DNA from: Antedon mediterranea
Taxonomy: Eukaryota > Animalia > Echinodermata
Direction: 5' to 3'
NCBI RefSeq assembly: GCF_964355755.1
Contig: NC_092678.1
Location: 2,248,422-2,312,421, forward strand
DNA: 64,000 bases
The position numbers and the translations under genes are program-made. This document shows positions 11,201 to 22,700 of this stretch, one piece after another. Every line of letters begins with the position of its first letter. Within the stretch, counting starts at the first letter, position 1. The notes beneath the pieces are model-generated. The model did no database searches. It was not told the DNA's origin and saw only the letters and a list, made by a program, of their open reading frames with translations.

Positions 11201-11871
11201 ATTAATTTACTGCAAAAGAAAATATAGTATAGGCTACCTTCTCTAGAGTAGATCTATAATATTTCTTAACATTTATGTTATACATCCATAAGGCTAGCTA
11301 GTCATAGGTAGTCTCTAGAGGACTAACTAGGACGTCTTAGACTTAGGCCTAGCGTAGTAGCTAGTACTAGTAGGCTAGATAGAGGGTAGCTTCCGTGTGA
11401 GAAGGAGGCCTCCATGCGCGCGCGAGAGAGGATTGCGACTAAGCTAGGCCTAGGTAGAAGAGCCAGGCTTGCTAGACCCCACAGACCTACTTTTCCATAA
11501 ATCTTTGTATTTTAATATTATACTTGCATTTATTTGGCCTACTACTATAATTATTAGTATTTTAGTAATATTTTAATAAAAATTAAAGTATTACTAAATA
11601 AAATACTAGGCTAGGCTATGTTTATACTGTGTTTATTCTTTAAATGTTGTCATGTGAACTCAACTTGTAATGTATTTTTTAAAATTATTATATTTATTTG
11701 TTATTTTGATATGGTAAATTCAACAATGTTTACTTTGTTGCAATAAAGAATTGAATTTAAATGTTTATCTTTTGAATATGCACAAAATGTTTTTAACTTT
11801 TACCATTTTTGTTGGTAGGGTACGCCCTAACTAACTAACTAGACGATTACAGGTGTACACTCCTAATCGAT

Positions 11872-14800
11872 ATGGCAAGTGGTGGTGGAACAAGTCATAA
11901 AGATGACGTCCAGCTGGAAGCCCTAAATCTTCCAGAAAGCACCGATTCTCCGGATCTAGCGACGGAATCTGTTACAACTAATACAGTAACCTGTGTATTT
12001 TGTTCAATGTTGTTTGATGCTAAAGAAGATAAAGATCCATTTCTGAAACATATGATTGATGAGCATAAATTCCTGATAGCAGATGTCAATTTGATTAGTG
12101 ATTTTGTAGGGTAGGTATTGAATAGCAAACATATTCAATGTGCAACTAATTCATGGTAAATAACAAGTTCCTTTCTCTCAACAGAAACAAGACCGAAAGG
12201 TTTTAACGTCCACTGACTTACTCGTAGTGGACACCTTTAGTCAGGATCCAACAGAGATGTTAAAACCTATATGCCCTTGATAGATTTACAGAAAACTGTC
12301 CCCTTAATAAGGTGTGTCCGAAAAGAGGGTTTTACTGTATTTATTTATTTTTTTTTTATTTTCAGCTATATTGGATATTGGAAAATGCGATTTTCTGAAC
12401 AACCAATCACAGACTTCTGTTCGGTTATCAAAACCAATTGCAAACAGGACAATCCAGGTAATTGGCAGCTTCAGTTACTGCCATGATTTTCTGGAACTTT
12501 TGAAAGTTAAAACTGGAATTGTTGATATTTTATGGAATATTTGTCAAGTTTCTAAATTAAAAAAATATTTGGCTTGAAACTAATTCATATTAAAGGATAT
12601 ATTTTTTATCAGGAAAACAAGAAGATTTCTACCTATTGTCCGATGTGCTGCAAGAGGATAAAGGCTTGAGGGAGTTCTTGCAACGCAGACGACTCGACTC
12701 CATCCTCCTCCAGCTTCAGAAAGAGCGTGACGATGTCAACTTTAAACGGCGGTGTCTGTTTTGTTGGGATGTGTTTGAAGGGAACAGAATGGCATTGATA
12801 GACCACTTATCCAAGGATCACAGTTTTGCAATAGGAAGATCCGATAATATTGGTAAGCATTTACTTTATTAATTTACAGCAGTGGAGAAGAGGCAAGGTA
12901 AACAATAGCATATTATCATCCTAGCTGCAGGCTACTGTTTGTACAATCTATCCATTATCATAAGCCTAATCTTAACATAATAACCTTAACATTCAGTATT
13001 ACAGAATGTAGAGATACAAGGTGAACTTGAACACAAAGAGTACTGTAAGCAAAGTGCAGTGGTTCACAAGTACTACCTCCTAGTGGACTCCAAAAGAGTT
13101 TTCTGTTTTTTTCCTTAAACACCATATACACTAAATAAAATTATGATTTTGACAATAATGATTTGATATTTTTTGTTTTGCAGTTTTTGTGAATGAATTT
13201 TTAGACAAATTACAAGAAAAGCTTGATAAGTAAGTTATGTAGCGTAATATTTTAATCATTTATATTAGAAAAAAACATATTTCACAAATGTTTCAACATA
13301 GAATTTATAGCTCTGCCTACACTATCAAATTTTATGTGATTAAAAAATGTGATGTGCCCATATATGGACATGATGATGTCATATCACTACCATATTTAAG
13401 CATATCACTACCATATTTGGGCAATCACTATTTTTATCAAACTAGTTTGATAGTGTAGAACGAGCTTTAGAATTATGATTAATCAAAGAGGCCTTTTTTG
13501 TTTTTTAGATTACAATGTTTATATTGCGAGAAAACTTTTCGAGACAGGCCCACTTTAAAAGATCACATGAGAAAAAAGCAACACAAAAAAGTCAACCCAA
13601 AGAATAAAGAATACGACAAATATTACATTATAAACTATTTAGAAATGGGTAAAAACTGGGAAGATGTGCGGGCAGAAGATGATAGGGATATAGCAGCAGC
13701 ACGGAGTGAATCCCCAGACTCTGAGTAAGTGATTAATAAATGAAAGACATTTTACAATTCTGCAAGAAGAGCTGGTAATAGTGCTGTAGGTTGTTGCATT
13801 GGATTATGTCAGCATGGGTATGAGATACAGACTTCATGTTTTTTTTGTCAACAGTGTACAAGTATGTGTGTTTGCCTAAACTCCCTCCAGTGCTGCTAAG
13901 AAAAATTACCAATAAGATTGATTTAGTAATATTATTTCCTCTGATTATGTTTTTTTCTCTTTTTTTTATGTATGTTGTTAATTGTATTACTACTATTGTT
14001 AGGCCTACATTTATTAATATTACTAATTGACTAACTTTTTTCTTTTCTCCAGAAACTGGGAGGATTGGGATGATGATGCAAGTGCTAATATTGTTTGTTT
14101 GTTTTGCTCTTACAACTCCTCTGAAATGTCAACCATGTTGAGTCACATGACACAAGTTCACAGTTTTGATCTTGGCGTTATTAAAAAAACATTAGGTAAC
14201 ATTGGCTCTCATTTGGTTCAACAATTATAGAACTACAGAACTACATAAGGCAATTAACAATTTCTATTTTTTTTTTGTCAGATTTAAACTTTTATCACCA
14301 AATTAAGTTAATCAACTTTATTCGTCGAGAAATGCACCAGCACAGCTGTTTTGTTTGTCGAGAAAAATACACATCGGACGACGAAATTTACAAGCATATG
14401 ACCGAAGAAAAACACATCTCACAAATACCTGACCGCAATGTGTGGGATCAGCCACAGTAAGTTATCATGCCTTTTAATATATATTTTAAGAAAAGACAAA
14501 AAAAGTTTGATGTGCCCAAATATGGAAGTGATATGCTTAAATATGGTAAAGATATGACATCAAAGTTTTATAATGTAGACAAAGCTTTAAATATTTTAAT
14601 ATTTTCATACTTGGTCAATGATTTTACAAGGGTGTATATTGTAAATGGGACAACCTATGGGGTTTTAAGAAAAACAATAGTAAAATTAAAAATGATGTAA
14701 CCAATTCATAGTTAATTATTTTCCTACTTTTTAAAATGATTTTACAATTCTGTAAATGGGACTTTTAGGAAAAAGAGTGGTAAAATGAAAGTTTGTATAA

Positions 14801-15016
14801 AAGTGCTTTGTTAAAATTGTGCAGTAATTATTAAATGTTACCATGTTTTGATCTTGTAGATATTTCTTTCCTACGTATGAGAATGACACCCTTCTGTGTG
14901 CTTTGGAAGACGATGACAACAACGAGCAGGAAAATACAGTGGTCCTTGCGGAAGATATTGATGAAGAGATGAGGAAACTAGAAGATGGTCTCTTGTTGTT
15001 AAACCTATTATCATAA
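11872..15016 (+). CDS. ZNF277: C2H2 zinc finger protein ZNF277 ortholog, 8 coding exons, ~435 aa
   Basis: Exons 11872-12110, 12366-12457, 12613-12852, 13184-13229, 13509-13724, 14053-14195, 14282-14456, 14860-15016. All introns are GT-AG and phase consistent (1308 nt). Motifs EQPITDFCSVI, LQCLYCEKTFRDRPTLKDHMRKKQHKKVNPKNKEYDKYYIINYLE and WDQPQYFFPTYENDTLL are characteristic of ZNF277. Confidence 0.95.
13308..13467. mobile_element. MITE family A copy
   Basis: Same TIRs and internal repeats; ZNF277 intron. Confidence 0.85.
14490..14587. mobile_element. MITE family A copy, degenerate
   Basis: GATGTGCCCAAATATGG..AAATATGGTA..AATGTAGACAAAGCTT. Confidence 0.6.
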
Positions 15017-15158
15017 CAAAGACTTTGCTATGGCTGTAATATATATAATGGAAAGAATACCAGATAATAAAAGTAATCTTATATATATAGATATCTTTGT
15101 TTTGTGCTTTATACATAGAGAGTACGGGAAATTCAAATTCAACATGCCCTCACTACTG

Positions 15159-15292
15159 AAGCTCAGTCTACACTATCAAACTAGTTTGACAAAAACAAGT
15201 GTGATATACCTAAATATGGTAGTGATCATCATCATGTCCATATATGGGCACATACCTTTTGTCACATAAATTTGATAGTGTAGACAGAGATT
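15159..15292. mobile_element. MITE family A copy in presumed ZNF277 3' UTR
   Basis: AAGCTCAGTCTACACTATCAAAC ... TTTGATAGTGTAGACAGAG. Confidence 0.85.
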
Positions 15293-16385
15293 AACTCTGT
15301 TTAGAACTCAAAAGGATACACCAGGCATGTCCATCATTGGAGTCTGTCACAATATATTTTCTAATGTAAAATGATTAAAAAAAACAAACAAATAAAACAA
15401 TTTTAAAAGAAAATGTTTACATTTTTTTTATTTACTTTTAGTAAACTACAATTTTAGTCATTAATTTAGGCTAATGAATAAAATTGGCCAAAAATTGTTA
15501 AAAACATTTACACTAAAAAGATAAAAGCAGCAGCTATGCGCTAGATATGTATCGCCCTGTGATACCCTTCCATGACTCGTCTACGGAATCTAAGTACCAT
15601 TATTTGCATAAAATTTGGGTAACAAACAACTGTATCTTTATATCATTAACATAATGGAGACTTATATGGATCACCTTTGACCCTTTAGTACAAGGATAAT
15701 TCCTTCCCCACCCCCTTTTTTCAACAGTGGTCACATTCATCAACATGGTACGTTATTGTACCCCCTTGCTCACATTTCATGGCATACACTACAAAGCAAG
15801 TATTGAACAACTACTGCTGTTGCGTTAGCGCCCACAACACGCAAATGAGAATTTGGGGTTGTTGTGGAAGGTATCACAACATTTAATGTTCTACTGCGTC
15901 ATAGCCTGTGTTGTTCCATGGAGAAATAAGTTGGGATTTCTCCATGATTGTTCTTATTTAACATTTTTGGCACAACCTAGTGATGGTACTGTGGTACAAA
16001 TACCAACGCTTTATTCTGTACCTCCTTGGTAAGTATAATAGGATAGCCTTTGCTTAATTTAAAGAAAATGTAAAAACTGCAATTCTTCCATATACATTCC
16101 AAAACACTGAATGTCCAATACATTCACTCTAAAAACACATTTTAAAAGAAAGAAGAAAATAAATAATTTTTGGTTGTCATAGTAGCAAGTTCTAAGCAAC
16201 AGGCATCTAGTCGTTTTTCATGTCAAATAATCTCATATAATATAAAAATAAACATTAGAAGTTAAGATATATTCACAGTCAATGTCTTAAATTAATTAGT
16301 TGATTGGAAAATTAATTATCATGTAAACTGAATATGAATGTCCAAATATAACAATTTACTACAAAAACCACAACCAACCAACCTA

Positions 16386-16537
16386 AAGCTCTGTCTACAC
16401 TCTAAAAAAATGTGATGTGCCCATATATGGACATGATGTATCATACCACTACCATATTTAGGTGCATCACTACCTTATTTGGGTACTGTACATAACACTT
16501 TTTTTGTCAAAATATTTTGATAGTGTAGACATAGCTT
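16386..16537. mobile_element. MITE family A copy
   Basis: AAGCTCTGTCTACAC ... TTTGATAGTGTAGACATAGCTT. Confidence 0.85.
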
Positions 16538-16651
16538 TAGATGCCATAATGGTATGTGGCAATGGGGGTCTGCTAAAGGGGAAGAATTTGCTGTTTTAAA
16601 CGCTTCAGTAACATCACAAATGTTTGAAAATACCCAGTACCCTGCAGAAGA

Positions 16652-16807
16652 TAAAGGTTGGTTTCCACTTGGATGCAATGATGCAAGTGAATCACAAGCA
16701 ATTTGATCAATCACAATGCAATATAGAACATCCGAACTGTTGCTTGTGATTGGTCAAGTCACTTACGCTACGTCATTGCATTGCATCCAAGTGAGAACTA
16801 AGCTTTA
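16652..16807. mobile_element. Palindromic Harbinger-like MITE (family B); related copy at ~61985-62107
   Basis: TAAAGGTTGGTTTCCACTTGGATGCAA ... TTGCATCCAAGTGAGAACTAAGCTTTA; internal TTGA(C/T)CAATCACAA inverted pair. Confidence 0.65.
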
Positions 16808-18734
16808 ATACCACTATTCAATTGTTTCACCTTTCTATTTGTTCCTGTTACGTAAACTTACTTAGTATGTACTTATAATGCCATCTTTTGAAATACTATA
16901 AAGCACTACATTAATTAATGTCCTGAGAATTAATTAATTAGTTAAACATGAATGCTTGCAGATTATGTTTACCTATAAATGTCCTGCAGATACTTAGAAT
17001 ACATACAAAAGTGGTGATTACATTTTTTTTGGTGCAAAATAGTATTAAAAATTGGAAAAAATTAGGGATAAATTCTACTCTTGGTATTTCTCTATTTCAA
17101 GATTCACTTCCAAAACCTATTCATCCATAACCACACAGGTTACAATGGTGAGTTTATGAAACAGGACGGTAGGACAACAACTTTGCGATGATGCGTGACG
17201 CTCGCACTGTTGTTTGGTTTAAAATTTAACATCAATTGTAAAATCTATTTTTTTCTTCAAGTAGTCGATGTCCCCACTGTCTTCTTTTGTAAACTCAGTT
17301 ATTTATTTGGTGAATTTTTCCAAACATAACATGAAAAATGCACGACAGAAAACTAGTATTTGAACCAATTATCTTAGGATTATCAGGATGGAACCAGACC
17401 AAATGACCACCAACTTTTTGATTGACAGCTATGGCTGTCCATCCAACCAAACAGGCAGTGTGTACTATGAAGTATATTATAATTCAATACATTTTTGTGA
17501 CAGGTTTGGACAAATTCACATGATTTTCCCAATGCAAAATTTTATTAAATATTTATAATTATTTTTACTCAGATTAAAATTACACATGATATTGTGTAAT
17601 ATATTGCAATACATAATCATTTATATTTACCAATAAAGGGGATGGGGTGACCATACACTTGCGTAAAATTAAAAATATATTTTATCTTCAAAATGTCTAG
17701 CTAACCAGCATACTCCATCTACAATCTAATTCCAACAATTTTCTCAAATCAAACTTTACAATTGTTATAAATTTACTCATGATGGCAACCCTCATGATGG
17801 CAACCCTCATGATCATTTAAAATTCATACATTAGCATAATACATTATAATATGTAGTCAAAACTACATTTAAAAAAACAAATAAAACTGGACTTCCACAA
17901 AATAATTTAGCACGAACTTTGGCATGTTTTGTTTTCTTATGGCTTTACATTAATAAGTTGATTTGTGCTTACAACGTTATTTCAGTGACTACTCTAGAGG
18001 CTAACATGCAAGATTCCAAAGGTTGAGGGCTGTATATAGATTTTTTTTTGTAGAATAGAAATGTTAGCCATTAGGCAATACAGACAGACAAGTATAAGAA
18101 GGTATTTAAGATGTATTACCATTTGTTACAATGTACCATAGCATTTAATTTACTGACACTAATTAGCTTAGACTTTTATGACTGTCATCAAGCATTCACT
18201 TTAGTTTCCATAAACACATTTTACTAGATATCAAATGTACTGTATATTCTCACATATAGGATGAGATATAAACTTGAAATGTTGGGCATTATCATCGAAG
18301 AGGAACAACACTGACTGATGATGCACAACATAATACAAAATGCATCCCATATTCCAACGGAAAAATATTTTGAAAAATTGTATCGATCCAAATGTACACT
18401 TTATGTTTACACATCAATGCTCTAGTAAAGGAATGAGATTGTTGGGAAGAAAACAAATGTAGACAACATTGTTTTGTCATATTGTCCTAACATGTCATTG
18501 TCGTCTCAAATTTGGGGTTGAATATACTGATAGTATTTTTACATGGAGACATTGGTATGTTAGTAAGCTTGTATATAAATAGACCTTATATGACTGTCAT
18601 TTATTCCAATTGCTTAAACAAATGTACAGAATAAACATGAAGATCTGTGCAAATTTACATTTTTAGATAAAAGGCAATAGAGTAGTAAAAAGAGTTTAAA
18701 AAAAGAGGGAAGATGCAATATAACCACACCTCTT

Positions 18735-18853
18735 AAGTTTTGTTTACACTATCAAACACAACAAATATGGTAGTGATATGACATCATCATGTCCATATAT
18801 GGGCACATTACATTTTTTGTTACACATAAAGTTTGATAGCGTAGACAGAGCTT
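18735..18853. mobile_element. MITE family A copy
   Basis: TACACTATCAAAC ... GTTTGATAGCGTAGACAGAGCTT. Confidence 0.8.
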
Positions 18854-19760
18854 TAGGCTTGTTACCTGCAGGCCTATATGCCTGTTACAGGTCTATGTTC
18901 GATAATAGTAGAATTCAACCCCAATATTCAACTATAACCCCATTTATACAAGGTTAAAAGTATACTTTCTTCCAGTAGCTTTACAAACAATTTATTGGGT
19001 AATTTTCTTATAAAAATTGTAATTGCTCAATGTCATACGATACCTTCTTTCTCGGTAACAAGTTTCATGAAAATACATTATGTATACGCATATCTTTAAA
19101 TAAATAAATTTAATAGCATTTGTGTAGCATTTAATCAGATTGTGGAAAATAAATTAAAGCAAATTTAGTGGAATTTCTAATGAGGAAATTTCATTCCGTA
19201 GATATAGCAAATTTTTAACATTAAATTCATTATGAATGGACACTTGGCATTAGCATATATTTATTACAAATGAGCACATGGCGCGACCGTTACTATACAC
19301 ACTTGATAAGGATTTTTAACATGTATTATAGTTGTCAGTATTTCATGATAAAATGATTAGATTTAGCGTTCAGACTTTATCTTAAGGCAGCTTAATTTTG
19401 GGTATTTCTTAATCACAAAGAATACGATTCATTTAGTAACTCTGTCAATTTAAGAAGTATAACTATCGGATTTTGAAATAGTTTTGTTTTAAGTATCATG
19501 GTTGCAAGAAGAAGGATGCGGCAGATTGAGATCAAGATACACTGATAAATTTGTTGCATAAACTAGAGTCCAACCAGCTGCAGGGCGCCCTCTCTAGGAC
19601 GGGTAACTAGCACAACTAAAAACTATGGATCCAGATCACGGACGTCCATAACAAATCGTGTGCACAATCTGGGACCTGCATACTCTTTGACAATATCAAA
19701 GTTTCAGCATTTTATTTTTTTCTTGTCAAACGATCACTTTTAATGATCACTTTTATTTTA

Positions 19761-22700
19761 TCACACTGACTGCGAGACATGATTTTCAATCACGGACTCC
19801 TGCATATGATCATTTTCTATCACATGACCATTTAATGGTGGGAAGACTGACACGTTTTCTTCTTCATCTCTGACCCCTTGGCTCGCGAACTTTGACACAA
19901 ACCTGACCTGCGTGGGCGGTTCTTCAAAGCTGTCTTCCTCGACAATCTCCTCCTCCATCGGTTCTTCCAACGGTATGTTTTCTGAAGGTTCGTCTAACGT
20001 AGCTTCGTCGCTAAATTTTTGCGTAATAGTGTCAACTTGTGATGTATCTTCTGGTTCTTCTTCACCCGTGAACTTTGACATAATTTTGACCTGGGTTGGA
20101 GGTTCATCAAGGTCATTATCTATTATGACCTCTTCCTGTGCAAAATTGGCATAGGTTCTAGATTGTGTTTGTGGATCGTCTTCAATGCTATATGAAAAAC
20201 AGGAAATAAATATTAGTCACTTGTAATACTGATACATTACTTATCTCGTTTTCCATGAAATTCTTAAAACAAATTAGACAATGATTTTGTTTGTTGCTTG
20301 TCCAGAAACTAAAAACAAGAAACTTAAATGCAATAATCTATATATTATTTCCAAAGGCAAATTACTGAAAAAATGGGTTGCTGGATCTCTTTATAGGTAA
20401 AATAGGCAAAAAGCTATGAAAATAAAGCAGTCATAAAGAAGTTCCAAGCTTTTGTAAATAAAAAATTAATTTATATATTAATATATTTGTATTATTTTTA
20501 TTTTATTTTCTATATTTAAAGATATCTTTTATGTAATCAAATGAAAAAAAACCCCAATTTTTAAACATAATGACATTAAATATTTATAATTTATGTTATT
20601 CTCGTTTTTTCCCCATAATCAGAACATCATATAAATAGATATTTTAAGTACCAAAAAAATAAATCGGAGGATATAATTTAATAAACATCCTACAATAAAT
20701 ATAACAACACTACTATAATAACAGACAAGGGTTTGTAACAGATGCGACAGATTATCAGAATAAATATGGTTTATTTATATTCATTTTGCATTAGATGTTG
20801 AAGTGTTTATTTTATATATTTGCTATGAACTGCATTGTTTAGACAGGCGTTTCAAGATTTTCTTTTGGAGTTAAAATTACATTAAGAGAGGATGAAACCA
20901 TTAGCAACATAATGAAGAATAATTTTAACAAAAAAGAATCTGTTTTCTTTCAACAGAAGCAAAATGAAATCAAAATTGATTATGAATTTTTTAACATTAC
21001 TTGGGAAAATTCCAAGTATATTTATTACCTGCTTTTGTATGGCTTTTTTTTGTAAATTTCGACAATTTTCCAATTTCTGAATTTCTTTATTTGTAAATAA
21101 GTATACAACAGACATTGCCCGATTAAAAAAAAAATCAATATTTTGATATCAAAAATGCTTAATAAAATCAATATATCAAGACTTATTTTTGTAAAAGCAC
21201 CCTCTATAGTTTGATATTTATATTATTAATTTTATCTCTGGCAATTTGTTCATATATTTTCCTGATATTTCATTTTTTTGAAAATGCAAACATTATTATG
21301 AAAGGGTTTAAAATCTATTATTATGATAATATAATATATAATCCTTTTTTTTTACATTCTTAATTTAGGAATATTGCCAAGGATAACCATAAATGGTTAC
21401 ACGACAATTACAATGTAACATGATGAACGTCTGTTCTCGTATCCCTTCTAGTTGGTCAGATGTTTGCCCTACTCCGCCGTGACTGTACTTACCACTAAGT
21501 ACACTTGAGAATACTCGAAACAAATGGGTGGGGCTCTGACCAATTAACTTAGCTCCCCGACGCAAAGTTACTTCGAAGTAGTTATTAAATTACTATTCTG
21601 TCTAATATTACTAAATTGCAATAGGCTAGCAAATTTTTGATAGACAAGACAATAGTTATATTTGTTAAAAAAACAGACTATACTACCACAAACAGACTTA
21701 CATTTCTCCATTTTCAATGTCTCTTTCTTCAGTTTTATCAATGTATCGTCGTTCTATTTCATCTCTCTCATTATCCATATCCTTTTCCATCATCTCATCT
21801 TCTTTGTTAAAATTTCGTGGTTGCAGATGTAACTCGGGAGACGCGGTTTCTGAAGCGAGCTCGCTACGAACTCTGGCTTCCTCCCCAAGACTTATGATGG
21901 AATTTTCTCTGCCGCTGGGCGATAATAAGGGGCCAGAGGATTTGGATGCAAAGGACGGATACTGGGGACAAGAACTGCCAGTCTGCAAATACAGAAACAA
22001 ATGTGTTGAAATTGAAGAGAAAACAAATGTATTGAAGTCATGTAGGTCTAGTGTGCATATTTAGATATGTTCAATGAATACATTTTGTTGATTCACTATA
22101 AGACGTATTCATTTGGTAAAACATCGTCTTACGTTAACAATTTGAAATTGAACTGTGTAGATTTTAATATTCATCATTATTACTTAAACTTGCTGCGTGT
22201 AGCCGACAGAATATTTATATATCAAATTATCAATTATATATATATATTTTGGTGTCCATACATACATATGTAGTTGACTCAAATTTATCTTTGGTACGAT
22301 TTTATGACAAAGAATGTTGAAAAAAGAAACAAGCTATTGTCATTGTTAGGCTAAAATATTAAAAGCTAGTGATTAATTAATAGCAACTTACCAGTTCATG
22401 TTTAATGTCTTTCATTGGGTACATGTGCAGATCTACCATGTCACTTTTTATGAGTGGAATTGGATTTCTATGAAGTAATGGAGAGGAAGCCGTGGTGGGG
22501 GTAGTGGGAGCACTTAAGCTCCTGAAAAAAAAAACATACGAATAATCATTATTATTAGACGTGTGCTACTCAATTCAGACATGTGCTACTCAATTCAGAC
22601 ATTAGCTCGCAGCTAAGAGGTTCAATTCCTTAAGCCTTGTCTACACTATCAAACTTTATGGGACCAAAAAATGTGATGTACCTATATATGGACATAATGA

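Noticed and set aside
21420-21615. Possible alternative FoxP exon (donor-like GTG|GTAAGT at ~21492)
   Set aside because: Weak acceptor and an early in-frame stop; needs RNA evidence.
19912-22064. Ser-rich plus-strand ORFs 19912-20154 and 21717-22064
   Set aside because: Antisense shadows of acidic FoxP exons.
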